From the NCBI GenBank assembly GCA_963677485.1, contig OY781964.1:3552001-3616000 (forward strand): 64,000 nucleotides of DNA. The letters are read 5' to 3'. Each line of letters opens with the position of its first letter. The first letter of the stretch is position 1. The DNA comes from Armatimonadota bacterium. GTDB lineage: Bacteria; Armatimonadota; HRBIN16. Position numbers and translations under genes: made by a program. Shown piece after piece: positions 10,967 through 20,873 of this stretch. The notes under the pieces are model-generated. The model was not told where the DNA came from and made no database searches. It worked only from the letters and a program-made list of their open reading frames with translations.

Positions 10967-13900
10967 GTGAAGAATTTGACCAGAAATCTCTGGCACCGAC
11001 TGAGGCCCATATTGGGCCTCTGTGCGGTGATTGCCGCTGCCGTGGCCCTCACCGGAGGGCCAGCTACGGCTGCGCCTACAGTAGTCTTTCCCTCTAAGTG
11101 TTTTGTACCCAGCCATGCGGATGTAGACGTTGGGTGGGGTGAATTTGCTCCAGGGCAGTTCTGTGATGGCACAGTCGCCTCATATTTCATGTTCCCCAAG
11201 CCTAGCATCACTGTAGGGGCTACAGAAGTCATTACAAAACTGGGACTTCGATTCAATCAGAATGAATTCGAAAATCAGTCCTCTGGTTCAGATGCATATT
11301 TCTACGATGGTGCAGGTTGGGTCATTAGAGGCAACCGTCTGTTTGCTGGTAATACTATTTATCAAACAGTAGTGTTGCGAGTTTATTGGAGAGCTGCTAC
11401 TGCCACAAACGACACAATTACGGATTTCCCGTATCCTGTCCCATATTCGACGATCAACGTCACGAATATACTGCCGCAGGTGTTCCGGCAGGCTTTATGG
11501 CCTGACCGACCATCATTTTCGTCACCTCAGCAGCATGACCCATTGCTTGTGATTAACAATGGACAAGATGATGCTGCTCATGATGAAGGCACTAGCTCTT
11601 CAATATATGAATTCCGTGTTCGTTACCAACATCCCCGTGGACTGCCGCCAATTGTCAATGGCTTATTCGAGTCATCAGACGCCAGTGCGCCACTGGTTGG
11701 ATTTAGATACCGTGATGGCTACAATTCCGGAACTGTTCCAGAAGCCGGCTTCAAACGCTGGATCGTGGACAACGTAACAGGTAACGGAGCGCGGCCAAAC
11801 ACACGTATCAACGTCAACGGATCACTGAGGGGCGCCGCTGAAACAAACGGTGTTGCCGTCATATTCGGTGACCGTAACGCCAACGTGGTTGCGAAAAAAC
11901 AGGGCACTTACCATTTCATGGAACCTGTGTCTATGTCTACAGGCGGTGTTGTATCGAGATATTCACCGACTGCTGCAGAATATGCTAATACAGCCGGTGT
12001 TCTTTACCGCTGGAGATGGGAGCCATCTCATGCGGAAAATGACAACATGCAAGCCGTCAGACCGATCTACCATCCTGGATCGATTGACAACCGCTTTGGT
12101 GTAGGGTTTGAAAACCTGGATGGCAAAGACTTTGTGAATACCGTAGATGGTTATCGCTTTGCCGCCAGCGCCGAGTATTTCCCGGCTTACGACGCCTTCA
12201 TGCCTGAGGCTGTTTTCTACCGACAGATCAGGCCTGGTGTTCTAGATGATAACCCCGATTCAGGTGAGCCTTGGGATCCCAGAGTGGCACCAAATGCCGC
12301 CGTGATTCCGACCTACCCAACAGACAGCCGTCAGTATCCTAAGGTACAGAGCGCTCTCTGGGGTGTTGACTGGACCAACAATATATCCAACTGGCTGTAT
12401 TCAGGAACCATCGCCGCGGGGGCGAAATCTACCCGTGACCTGGTTAATCCTGACTTGGATCTCGTGACTCGTCAAGGACCTTTCCATCCTCAGGTCAACG
12501 GATATGCTCAGATGGCCAGAGATGTCCAATTTGATACGAGGAACGAAACTAACGAGAGCCGACAGATATCCTTGCTTAAAAACCAGGTTCCTGTATTTTA
12601 CGGAACCAAGGCTGGAACATATGTCTTTAGTATTCGATACTGGGGACAGAACGTGCCAGCTTCTATTAACGTGATCGTAAAAAACAGAGTCACAAACCTA
12701 ACGAAGACAATACCGCTGACACTTACTGCTGTCCCGGGTGGAATCATCCTGGATTCAGTGAACGCGCTCGCGGCATTAATACCCAGCAACGCGGGCGACA
12801 CCTATTCGGCAGAGGTTAACCTCAGCGATATGGTCGGCTCAAATGAGTATTACTTCGAAGCTAGAGATGGCGAACGCGTCATCACTTTCCCGGTAAGAAA
12901 TGATAAGGATCCATTGTGGCCTGGCAAGAATGCTTTTGTCGGCCCATATGTAAACAATGCTCCTACCATCAGTGCCATTAGTGTCACACCTTCTACCGTC
13001 ACTTATCGCGACAAGGTCAGCTTCAAAGTGACCTATAAAGACCCTGATAAACAGCGTCCGCAGCGATATCGCCTATGGCTGAAGGTCAAACCATATACCT
13101 TCGTTCAAAACGGCAATACCGTGACATCAGAATGGCGATCATACATCATGAATCCGGTGGATCCGATTCCGGGCACACCTGATAATGAAGTGCTTTCTAA
13201 TCCAAATCTCGTGGCATGGGATGAAGGTGTTCAATTCGAATACACCATCGACGCCACTAAAGAACTATGGGACATCGGCTCTGGAAAGAGCATGACAGGC
13301 AAGTATTTCTTCGAGTTCATGGACAGTTGGGGCGACCCGGCTGATCCAGCTTGGAAAAACCCGCTTGACTACCTGACTTCCAACGTTCCTGGAGAAGTAG
13401 TTACAAGCCCAGCAGGCGTGTGGGTCGATACTAATAATGACAACCGCATCAACTATCTGATTTCCGATGGCGAAATCAAACCGGAAATCGCAGCTGCAGG
13501 TCCGACGATTCAACTCGAAGTTAAGCCTTTCGTCGTGATGCCAAGTACAGCAGTAGGCAGCGAGATAGATTGGGCACCTGACGCTGTGGACCAGGGCGGT
13601 GATGAGAAATCAGAGCTGGTATCTGGAACACCTCGCGTGGCAATCACCACGAAGTACGTGCAAAAGAACGGACGCGCTCCACGAACAGTAACGGTAGAAT
13701 CCGCTCCCATGACTCAGATGGAAATTCTGAACCAGAAGTGGAAAGATCCTACCTGGAACCCAGTGAGTGCCTCCAGCACTATCAACGCAGCCGAGATCGA
13801 TACGACAGTTGATTACGTCAATGGCAAGGGCTATAAAGGGCTCCTTCCTGAAGTTGTCAACATCGGTTATGTCTATCGGGTGAAAGCATCGAACGACTAC

Positions 13901-16264
13901 GACAGCGTAGTTGCTCCATGGCAGCCCATTACTAAAGCTGTGACGATTGTTGAACCAGTTCTGAGCTTGAAAGATGCACAGGACCTGGATGTAATCGACG
14001 CTGCGCCAACATCCGGTGACGACACAACAACATACACCTTCCGAGTGGTCTACAAAGATACTCTCGGTCTAGGACCTGGCACAAAAGACGGAGCAGCGGT
14101 TAAATTGCTGTTCGGCATCGCTAAAACCGAGTTTGCCATGTCTGCTGTTAAAGCAGATGGTACGTCTTACGTCCCAACAACCGACGACTATATTGCTGGT
14201 GTGATTTTCCAAGTGAAGCTCACCCCAGAACAGATAGCTGCCGTTGGTCTTGGCCTACATGACTACTCATTCGAAGCCACCAACGGTTCGAAGTTGGCGG
14301 TTCCGTTAGCTGGAGCCAGTAAAATCACAGTCAACCAGTTCAGTAAGCTGAGCAAGGCTGGAGTGTTGGTTATGCGTGATCAAGCTAACGCTATCACGGG
14401 ATACACATTCCGCGCGACCTTTACTGACAATCAAGGTAACAAGCCAATCGGCGGTATCGGCGAAGTCAACGTCACAGTAGGTGGTTTGACCTTCCCAATG
14501 GATACCGAAGTTCTCGGTACTGACTATACGACCGGTGGCGTGATGACCAAGATAATCATGGTCAACGAACTGCCAGCGAACGTAAGTGTCAGTGACGCGA
14601 TCTTCCGGTTCGGACAAGGTGCTGGACAACTCGGTATTACCGGATTGGCCTCATTCGTGAAGGTTGGATCACCTGTAGCATTTACGGTCAACCAGAACCA
14701 GTTACCTGTGAAGTTCCAAGTGAAGTATGTGGGCGGATCATCAACTGATGCACCGACCGCTGATAGCATGAAGGTCGCCATTAAGACTGGTGAGCTCATC
14801 AAGAACTTTGCACTCACACAGGATGCACCTCCAACCGGTGGTGACTACACCAAGGGTGCGATTTATAGCACCACGATTACTAGCGACCCATTCCTTGCTG
14901 CTGGAGACTATACCTTTAGCTTCATCGGCATGGATAACAACGGACTGAATATTGAACTGACGAACGCAGCGTTCAAGTTCAATTTGAAATCAGCACCTAC
15001 TACGACATTCGACCTGGCCGCAGGGCTGGATTTGGTGTCCTTCCCAATGGTGCCAAACACGACAGTGCTGGCTGACCTACTTGGTGTAGACCCTGCTACC
15101 CTTAAAGCGATGAGCTTTACCGGTAACAACAATGCACCATATGCTGCAGCTACCGTCGCTGACGCCAACGCCGGTTATTGGGTAAAACCCGACGCCGCGA
15201 CGTCATTGACGCTGAACGGATACCTATTTGATCAGACTGCCACGCAGGTATTTACACTGCGTCAGGGCTGGAACCTGATAGGCACTCAGTTCAGTGCAGG
15301 AGCGAATCTTGCCAATGCCACAGTGGAAATCGGTGGCGCTGTCATGACACTTGCTCAAGCAGGCACACAGGACAAAGTTGGTAACTGGGCATGGGGTTAT
15401 AACAAAACCACAGGCGCTTACCAATTAGTTGATGGACGAAACGGTGCGACCGGTGCTTTGGGCAACGGCCGAGGTTACTGGATATATAGCTGGGTTGATG
15501 GGGCCAAACTGAATTTGGTTGCTGCTTCATCAGCTGTAGTTGCGACCTCAGTCAAGTCAAACGTCACCGTGGATTGGTCTGCTAACATCCGTGTCAACAG
15601 CGGAGACAGATCAGACACAGCAACCATCGGTGTGGCATCTCAGGCAAGCCGCGTATTGAAACCCGCAGCGATGGCTGAGTATGTGCAAGTGAACCTGACA
15701 TCAAACGGAACGGCAGTCGGTGAGGACATTCGCCGAACAGGCAGCCTGACCAACGAGTATACCTTCGACGTGATTACCGACCAGAAGAACCAGCCCGTAA
15801 CTGTTCAGCTTGAGGGCATTGCCCGACTAGCTGGCAAGTATAACGTGCTGCTTACAGACATCTCCGGTAACGTCACTCGCAGCCTGACAGGCGCAGGTAG
15901 CTACTCATTCAACAGCGGAACCACCGGGAAGCGCAGCTTCAAGATGACCGTTGCACCGAGAAGCAACCAGAGCCCGATGATTACTGGCCTCCGTGTGGCG
16001 AAAACCCGTGGTGGTGCGGCGCAGATCAGCTTTGGGCTGAACACCGATGCGACCACCAGCGTTGAAGTGATGGATGTTGCCGGCAAGCTTATACGCACGT
16101 TAAGTTCAAGTGCAGTGAGCAAGGGCAGCAACACTATCACATGGGATGGTCGCGATCTGGCCGGGGTCTCCGTGCCCGCAGGTGCTTACCTTGTTAAGGT
16201 ACGTGCTGACGCAGAAGACGGAAACTCCAGTCAAGCGATGAGCCCCTTCGTGGTCGTTCGCTAG
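10967..16264 (+). CDS. very large secreted repetitive Ig-like protein (putative adhesin/surface protein) with C-terminal FlgD-Ig/T9SS-CTD-like domain
   Basis: 1765-aa ORF, GAGGAG RBS, signal peptide. Internal YxFxVxYxD..P / DYxxG repeats. GWNLIG and WDGRD...VPAGAY. Confidence 0.8.
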   Translation: MKNLTRNLWHRLRPILGLCAVIAAAVALTGGPATAAPTVVFPSKCFVPSHADVDVGWGEFAPGQFCDGTVASYFMFPKPSITVGATEVITKLGLRFNQNEFENQSSGSDAYFYDGAGWVIRGNRLFAGNTIYQTVVLRVYWRAATATNDTITDFPYPVPYSTINVTNILPQVFRQALWPDRPSFSSPQQHDPLLVINNGQDDAAHDEGTSSSIYEFRVRYQHPRGLPPIVNGLFESSDASAPLVGFRYRDGYNSGTVPEAGFKRWIVDNVTGNGARPNTRINVNGSLRGAAETNGVAVIFGDRNANVVAKKQGTYHFMEPVSMSTGGVVSRYSPTAAEYANTAGVLYRWRWEPSHAENDNMQAVRPIYHPGSIDNRFGVGFENLDGKDFVNTVDGYRFAASAEYFPAYDAFMPEAVFYRQIRPGVLDDNPDSGEPWDPRVAPNAAVIPTYPTDSRQYPKVQSALWGVDWTNNISNWLYSGTIAAGAKSTRDLVNPDLDLVTRQGPFHPQVNGYAQMARDVQFDTRNETNESRQISLLKNQVPVFYGTKAGTYVFSIRYWGQNVPASINVIVKNRVTNLTKTIPLTLTAVPGGIILDSVNALAALIPSNAGDTYSAEVNLSDMVGSNEYYFEARDGERVITFPVRNDKDPLWPGKNAFVGPYVNNAPTISAISVTPSTVTYRDKVSFKVTYKDPDKQRPQRYRLWLKVKPYTFVQNGNTVTSEWRSYIMNPVDPIPGTPDNEVLSNPNLVAWDEGVQFEYTIDATKELWDIGSGKSMTGKYFFEFMDSWGDPADPAWKNPLDYLTSNVPGEVVTSPAGVWVDTNNDNRINYLISDGEIKPEIAAAGPTIQLEVKPFVVMPSTAVGSEIDWAPDAVDQGGDEKSELVSGTPRVAITTKYVQKNGRAPRTVTVESAPMTQMEILNQKWKDPTWNPVSASSTINAAEIDTTVDYVNGKGYKGLLPEVVNIGYVYRVKASNDYDSVVAPWQPITKAVTIVEPVLSLKDAQDLDVIDAAPTSGDDTTTYTFRVVYKDTLGLGPGTKDGAAVKLLFGIAKTEFAMSAVKADGTSYVPTTDDYIAGVIFQVKLTPEQIAAVGLGLHDYSFEATNGSKLAVPLAGASKITVNQFSKLSKAGVLVMRDQANAITGYTFRATFTDNQGNKPIGGIGEVNVTVGGLTFPMDTEVLGTDYTTGGVMTKIIMVNELPANVSVSDAIFRFGQGAGQLGITGLASFVKVGSPVAFTVNQNQLPVKFQVKYVGGSSTDAPTADSMKVAIKTGELIKNFALTQDAPPTGGDYTKGAIYSTTITSDPFLAAGDYTFSFIGMDNNGLNIELTNAAFKFNLKSAPTTTFDLAAGLDLVSFPMVPNTTVLADLLGVDPATLKAMSFTGNNNAPYAAATVADANAGYWVKPDAATSLTLNGYLFDQTATQVFTLRQGWNLIGTQFSAGANLANATVEIGGAVMTLAQAGTQDKVGNWAWGYNKTTGAYQLVDGRNGATGALGNGRGYWIYSWVDGAKLNLVAASSAVVATSVKSNVTVDWSANIRVNSGDRSDTATIGVASQASRVLKPAAMAEYVQVNLTSNGTAVGEDIRRTGSLTNEYTFDVITDQKNQPVTVQLEGIARLAGKYNVLLTDISGNVTRSLTGAGSYSFNSGTTGKRSFKMTVAPRSNQSPMITGLRVAKTRGGAAQISFGLNTDATTSVEVMDVAGKLIRTLSSSAVSKGSNTITWDGRDLAGVSVPAGAYLVKVRADAEDGNSSQAMSPFVVVR

Positions 16265-16275
16265 ACAGAAACAAC

Positions 16276-16301
16276 GGATGGCCGGGTTCACTCGGCCATC
16301 C
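16276..16301 (+). terminator. GC-rich hairpin after the largest secreted gene (no U-tract; attenuator or transcript-stabilising hairpin)
   Basis: ggatggccgggt-tc-actcggccatcc inverted repeat. Confidence 0.4.
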
Positions 16302-16365
16302 TACCAAATGCAATCATCATACACGAGAGTGGTGTTTAACCTCTCATCGGCAAGGAGATATCTGG

Positions 16366-17133
16366 ATGAAAATCAATCGACGGTCAACCTGTTCCCATTT
16401 GACCATCACAATGGCTATGGGCGCGTTGCTCGTTCCGCTGTTCGCTTCTACGGCTGTGACAGCGGCTCCTAAGCCTGCTCCTGAGGTGACAAAGAGCCTG
16501 CTGGTGATGCCGGTCGAAAAGAACTACACGGAAGAGAGTACCGAATCATTCCTTCAAGATTTTGGCCGCTCTCTACGCGGTGCAGTCACTTTGAACTCCA
16601 ACATGGAAGTGGTGGAATTCACAGAGAAGGACCCCTCAGTCCAGCGCGCTTTGACTGAAAGCTCAATCCGACGTGAAGATGTCAAGCGGGCCAGTGAAAA
16701 TGCCTCAGTTACCGCTCGAATCGCCACTGAACTTGGCGCAGACTTTGCACTAACCACTTCGGTAGACGAGTATACCTATGATGCAGATAAAGGCACTCTG
16801 AGTGCGTCCGTCAGCTGTCAAGTGGTTGATGTTCACAGCAAGCGTGGTGTCAAGGTAGTGGTTTCGAAAGCTGATGTCTCAGGAGACCGTTCTGTGTTTC
16901 AGGCCGATCTAGAGGCATCGTTGCGAGCGAAGTTGGCTAACAAAGTCGCCATCGAACTTTATGGTGCGATGCCTGCAGTAGAGGCAACAGCACCCAAAAT
17001 CAAGAAGAAGAACAATAACAACGTGATATGGTGGATGTTGGGTGCAGGCGTGATTGCCGCGGTTGCTGGCAGCAGCAGTGGCGGTGGTAGCGGTTCTGGG
17101 AACACTATCGTCAATCCTCCAGGAACCCCATAG
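16366..17133 (+). CDS. secreted CsgG/TolB-N-like protein with basic-hydrophobic-Gly-Pro C-terminal tail
   Basis: AAGGAG RBS, signal peptide. LLVMPV...RIATELGADFAL...VVDVHS pattern. Tail KIKKKNNNNVIWWMLGAGVIAAVAGSSSGGG...NPPGTP. Confidence 0.6.
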   Translation: MKINRRSTCSHLTITMAMGALLVPLFASTAVTAAPKPAPEVTKSLLVMPVEKNYTEESTESFLQDFGRSLRGAVTLNSNMEVVEFTEKDPSVQRALTESSIRREDVKRASENASVTARIATELGADFALTTSVDEYTYDADKGTLSASVSCQVVDVHSKRGVKVVVSKADVSGDRSVFQADLEASLRAKLANKVAIELYGAMPAVEATAPKIKKKNNNNVIWWMLGAGVIAAVAGSSSGGGSGSGNTIVNPPGTP

Positions 17134-17145
17134 CGCGAACAGTTA

Positions 17146-19095
17146 GTGCTATTGTTTCATCGAAATAAGCTCCGCCGCCTTGCAGTTTACTGCTGGGCGG
17201 CGATTCTATTGCTTTTGTGCACGATGTGTATGGCCGCACCTGTGAGCCTCGAAATCAGGCCTGAACCTCCTCGTATGGTTGCCGATGGAAAGAGCGTGGG
17301 TATTATCAATATCAACGCGAGAGATGCCAGCGGCCGTCCCGTTTCCGATGGAACCACCGTGCAGCTTACCGCTACATTGGGCCAACTCCGCGATAATTCA
17401 GTATCGACCACAAACGGAATGGCCACAGTAGAAATTGTCAGTGCCGCCATAAAGGGTAAAGGCACTATCACCGCCAGTATCCCGGGGCAGGCGATTGCCA
17501 GTGTGCAGATAGCATTTGTGGATGAAGCTGATGCCTCCGTTGAGATTCCAGATTACTTTTCGCTCGATGGTGGAGGTTATCTCGCCTACAGTAGTGACTA
17601 TAGGATCATCGAAGCCTTCAGTGAAAAAGAAGCTACATTTTCGGGAGGACAGGTTTCTGTTATGTCACTATCCTGGCAGTATGATACGCGCAGTAATGGT
17701 TTGGTTGCACATCAAGCTGTCTTAACGAGACGCGGCAAGACGCAGAACTATTATCGACTGTTATATTACCCCTTGAGCGACAGCGGTATCGGGCTCATTG
17801 AAAAAGATGATGGATCTATTGAGACTGTCATGCTCGAGCAAGGCGAATTGAAAAAGCCTGATGCAATCGTTAGCCCACACCTGTTTGACCTCAAGGAAAT
17901 GTCTGACAGCCAGGTGCTCTTCAGTATGAGCCGTGGCGTTTTGGTTCCAAACCAGCGGATTCAGATGTTCAAAGTGCGAATGTATGTGTCAGGGATGAAG
18001 GCGGTGTCTATTCCGCTGTATGACATGTCGCTGCAAAGTCAAGAGCCACTTGGTCAGTCGTTCCTGGGAGCATCCAGCAATGGTCTCACCGTCGATCTGC
18101 CCATATATTACAGTATGCGGCCTGGCAGCGTCGGTGCATTACACATCCGCAGAGGACAGGTTTATTCCAGCGCCGCTGATGGTGGTGAAAAAGTATGGTC
18201 CTTGGATCTTGTGCAGAACTACTCCAAATCGGGCAAATCGCAAGGCGAATTTGGCATTTACAGAGCGAACCGAGATGACTGGTCAGTGCGCTGGAACCAC
18301 AACGTCACTTTCAACAAGAAGTCCTCTGGCTACATATATCTTGATACACCCTCGAATAGCGCTGTGTTTGGTAATACCGGCTATTCGCTACGGACGAACT
18401 CTGGCCGACTTGGGCTTAGCTTGAGCGGCAATAGCGAGTTCTCAGGCGATGAAGCACGCTCGGCGAGGGGACAGGCGTTCTGGGAAACCAAGCCGATAAA
18501 CCTGACCTCAAGGCTGCGCATGACGGTGTCACCAAGCGTTAGCTACGAGTGGATGCAGATGCTGAGCACCATCCGGCAACAGACTTTATACGGAACGACC
18601 GCCAGATTTTACACGGATCCTTACCGTGCTCTAGGTTTTAGGTTCATACCAACCGCCAGCATTGGTTATCGTGATGGCAATGAAAGCAATCGTGGTGTCA
18701 CACAGGATGCCACGATAATGGGCATTCGCGACCTGGGCAACCTGGGGGCTCTGAGCCTTGTCTACAACTATCATGACAGCCCACAGGAGACATACACTAG
18801 TAAACAAATGTTGAGTGCCCAACTTAGCCTGATGCCAGTAAAGTGGATGAACCTTAGCGTGGGCGGAAGCAAAGCTCTCGATATCCAAAATGACTCGCTG
18901 GTGGGAAGCCTGGCGTTTAAGCTGGGTGATGCGTTGCTGTTGGGTGCGGACTATTCGGGCAGCAGATATCTTGAAGACCAGTATGATGAACTGGTGATGT
19001 GGCTGGGCTACCGTCTAGGGGTGAGGCAAATGAACTTCAGTTGGAGCAACAAGACCCACACATGGCGGTTTGATATCTTGAACGCTAGCTGGTGA
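17146..19095 (+). CDS. putative outer-membrane beta-barrel protein (LptD-like architecture) with N-terminal invasin/Big_1 Ig-like domain
   Basis: Signal peptide. ADGKS..I....RD..G.PV.DGT.V.LTATLG is a Big_1-like motif. Alternating beta-strand pattern in the C-terminal half. C-terminal aromatic residue (WRFDILNASW). Confidence 0.6.
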   Translation: MLLFHRNKLRRLAVYCWAAILLLLCTMCMAAPVSLEIRPEPPRMVADGKSVGIININARDASGRPVSDGTTVQLTATLGQLRDNSVSTTNGMATVEIVSAAIKGKGTITASIPGQAIASVQIAFVDEADASVEIPDYFSLDGGGYLAYSSDYRIIEAFSEKEATFSGGQVSVMSLSWQYDTRSNGLVAHQAVLTRRGKTQNYYRLLYYPLSDSGIGLIEKDDGSIETVMLEQGELKKPDAIVSPHLFDLKEMSDSQVLFSMSRGVLVPNQRIQMFKVRMYVSGMKAVSIPLYDMSLQSQEPLGQSFLGASSNGLTVDLPIYYSMRPGSVGALHIRRGQVYSSAADGGEKVWSLDLVQNYSKSGKSQGEFGIYRANRDDWSVRWNHNVTFNKKSSGYIYLDTPSNSAVFGNTGYSLRTNSGRLGLSLSGNSEFSGDEARSARGQAFWETKPINLTSRLRMTVSPSVSYEWMQMLSTIRQQTLYGTTARFYTDPYRALGFRFIPTASIGYRDGNESNRGVTQDATIMGIRDLGNLGALSLVYNYHDSPQETYTSKQMLSAQLSLMPVKWMNLSVGGSKALDIQNDSLVGSLAFKLGDALLLGADYSGSRYLEDQYDELVMWLGYRLGVRQMNFSWSNKTHTWRFDILNASW

Positions 19096-19155
19096 TGTAG
19101 TTCCTCAGCATTTATTGTGTCATGATCCCGTTTGACCATGAAGTAATAGAAGCAC

Positions 19156-19180
19156 AAGAGGCGCAGTATCTGCGCCTCTT
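19156..19180. terminator. hairpin between convergent genes (probable bidirectional terminator)
   Basis: aagaggcgcag-tat-ctgcgcctctt perfect inverted repeat. Confidence 0.6.
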
Positions 19181-19186
19181 CGTTGT

Positions 19187-20671
19187 TTACTGGCTTTTCG
19201 CCTTTTGAACATCAAGCGCGCGATGGTAGAGCTGCTCATATTTACCGGCGGGCCGATGCCAACCAAAGTCGCTGTTCAGGGCCGTGTGAACCAGATATTT
19301 CCAGACATCCGGCTCGTTTTGGTAGGTGTGAACGGCACGCAGCAGCGTCTTCTGAAGCTCCTCGGCAGTCGGCACGTTGAAGGTGAAGCCATTGCCGATG
19401 CGGGTGGAGGGGGAGTAGTCGATGATGGTATCAGCCAGTCCTCCTGTGGTGCGCACAACGGGAATGGTGCCGTATCGTAAAGCCATCAACTGACCAAGCC
19501 CGCAGGGTTCAAACCGGCTGGGCATCAGGAATATGTCGGCGGATGAATAGATGCGGTGGGCCAGGGGCTCATCAAACCTGATGAGTGCTTTCATCTGACC
19601 AGGCATCCGCCGTTCGAGAGTCAATAAGTAGTCCCGGAAGTGCTCATCACCGATGCCCAGTGCCACAAACTGCGCACCCGTCTCTTTCATCACGGGTTCG
19701 ATGGTCTCTTCGATGAGATCAAGCCCTTTTTGCTCTGCCAGCCGGCTGATCATGCCGATCACAGGAACATCAGGGTTGATCTCAAGGCCACATTCCTTCT
19801 GAAGCGCCTCTTTACAGACCGCTTTGCCTGAGATATCGTCCGTGTTGAAATGAGCCGCGATCTCATGGTCATTGGCGGGGTCGTATACTGTGTCATCTAT
19901 GCCGTTGAGGATGCCGAACAGCCGATCCTCGCGATGAAGATTGCCCATCACGCCATCTAGACCGCAACCATATTCTGGGGTGAGTATCTCACGCGAGTAG
20001 GTCATGCTGACCGTATTTACAGCATCCGAACCGGTCAGGCCAGCCTTCAGGAAATTCAACTGACCATAACACTCTACGCCATCGATGCCCCACAGACTGT
20101 TTGGTAGCCCCGATGTTTGAAATATCTCCCAGTTGAACTGTCCTTGATAAGCCAGGTTGTGAATGGTATAGGCTGTGGCGACATCCTTCAAGCGGGGACG
20201 GGAATCACGCAACTGATTGAGGTAGTGAGGTAGGAGCCCAGTGTGCCAATCGTTGATATGAATGATATCCGGGGTCCAGCCGAGTATATCAGGCAGTTCC
20301 AGTGCGGCGCGGTCGAGGAATAAGTAGGCGAGGGGGTCACTGGTGTAGACCTTAGTGCTGTCTGAGGCATCGGTGAAATACTTATAGTGCCCGAGCATAT
20401 ACACAGGGGTTCCGTCCGATAAATAAGTCACACTCACATGCGCGTGGGTCTGCCACTTGTCACTTATCTGAACGGGTATCCGATTCTGTATAGTCTTTGG
20501 CGAAACCTTTGGATCTTTTTCATTCATGCTGTAGGATGGCATGAGGATACGCACATCATGCCCCATCGCCCGGAGTGCCTTCGGTAATGATCCTGCGACA
20601 TCGGCAAGACCGCCGACTTTAGCTAACGGGGCGACCTCGACGGACACGAATAGTATTTTAAGTGAATCCAT
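19187..20671 (-). CDS. glgA: glycogen synthase (GT5)
   Basis: EVAPLAKVGGLADV, IHINDWHTG, TIHNLAYQG, SRLAEQKG, MPSRFEPCGLGQL, TGGLADT. Confidence 0.96.
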   Translation of the reverse strand: MDSLKILFVSVEVAPLAKVGGLADVAGSLPKALRAMGHDVRILMPSYSMNEKDPKVSPKTIQNRIPVQISDKWQTHAHVSVTYLSDGTPVYMLGHYKYFTDASDSTKVYTSDPLAYLFLDRAALELPDILGWTPDIIHINDWHTGLLPHYLNQLRDSRPRLKDVATAYTIHNLAYQGQFNWEIFQTSGLPNSLWGIDGVECYGQLNFLKAGLTGSDAVNTVSMTYSREILTPEYGCGLDGVMGNLHREDRLFGILNGIDDTVYDPANDHEIAAHFNTDDISGKAVCKEALQKECGLEINPDVPVIGMISRLAEQKGLDLIEETIEPVMKETGAQFVALGIGDEHFRDYLLTLERRMPGQMKALIRFDEPLAHRIYSSADIFLMPSRFEPCGLGQLMALRYGTIPVVRTTGGLADTIIDYSPSTRIGNGFTFNVPTAEELQKTLLRAVHTYQNEPDVWKYLVHTALNSDFGWHRPAGKYEQLYHRALDVQKAKSQ

Positions 20672-20873
20672 ATCGTACCTCTCGTTCCTGTGTTCTGACC
20701 ACTATTTCCAGTTTACCCGCTATGAGCATACAAACAACCATCGCCGCCACTCTCGAGGTTCTGGCTTAAACATATCTCCTTTGTCCGGCGAGTGCCTGCA
20801 TAGCTATGCTTGCAATGGTTCTATAATGGTGCTAAAATAGCCGCGTTACTAATGAAATCTATGGGAGGGTGAT

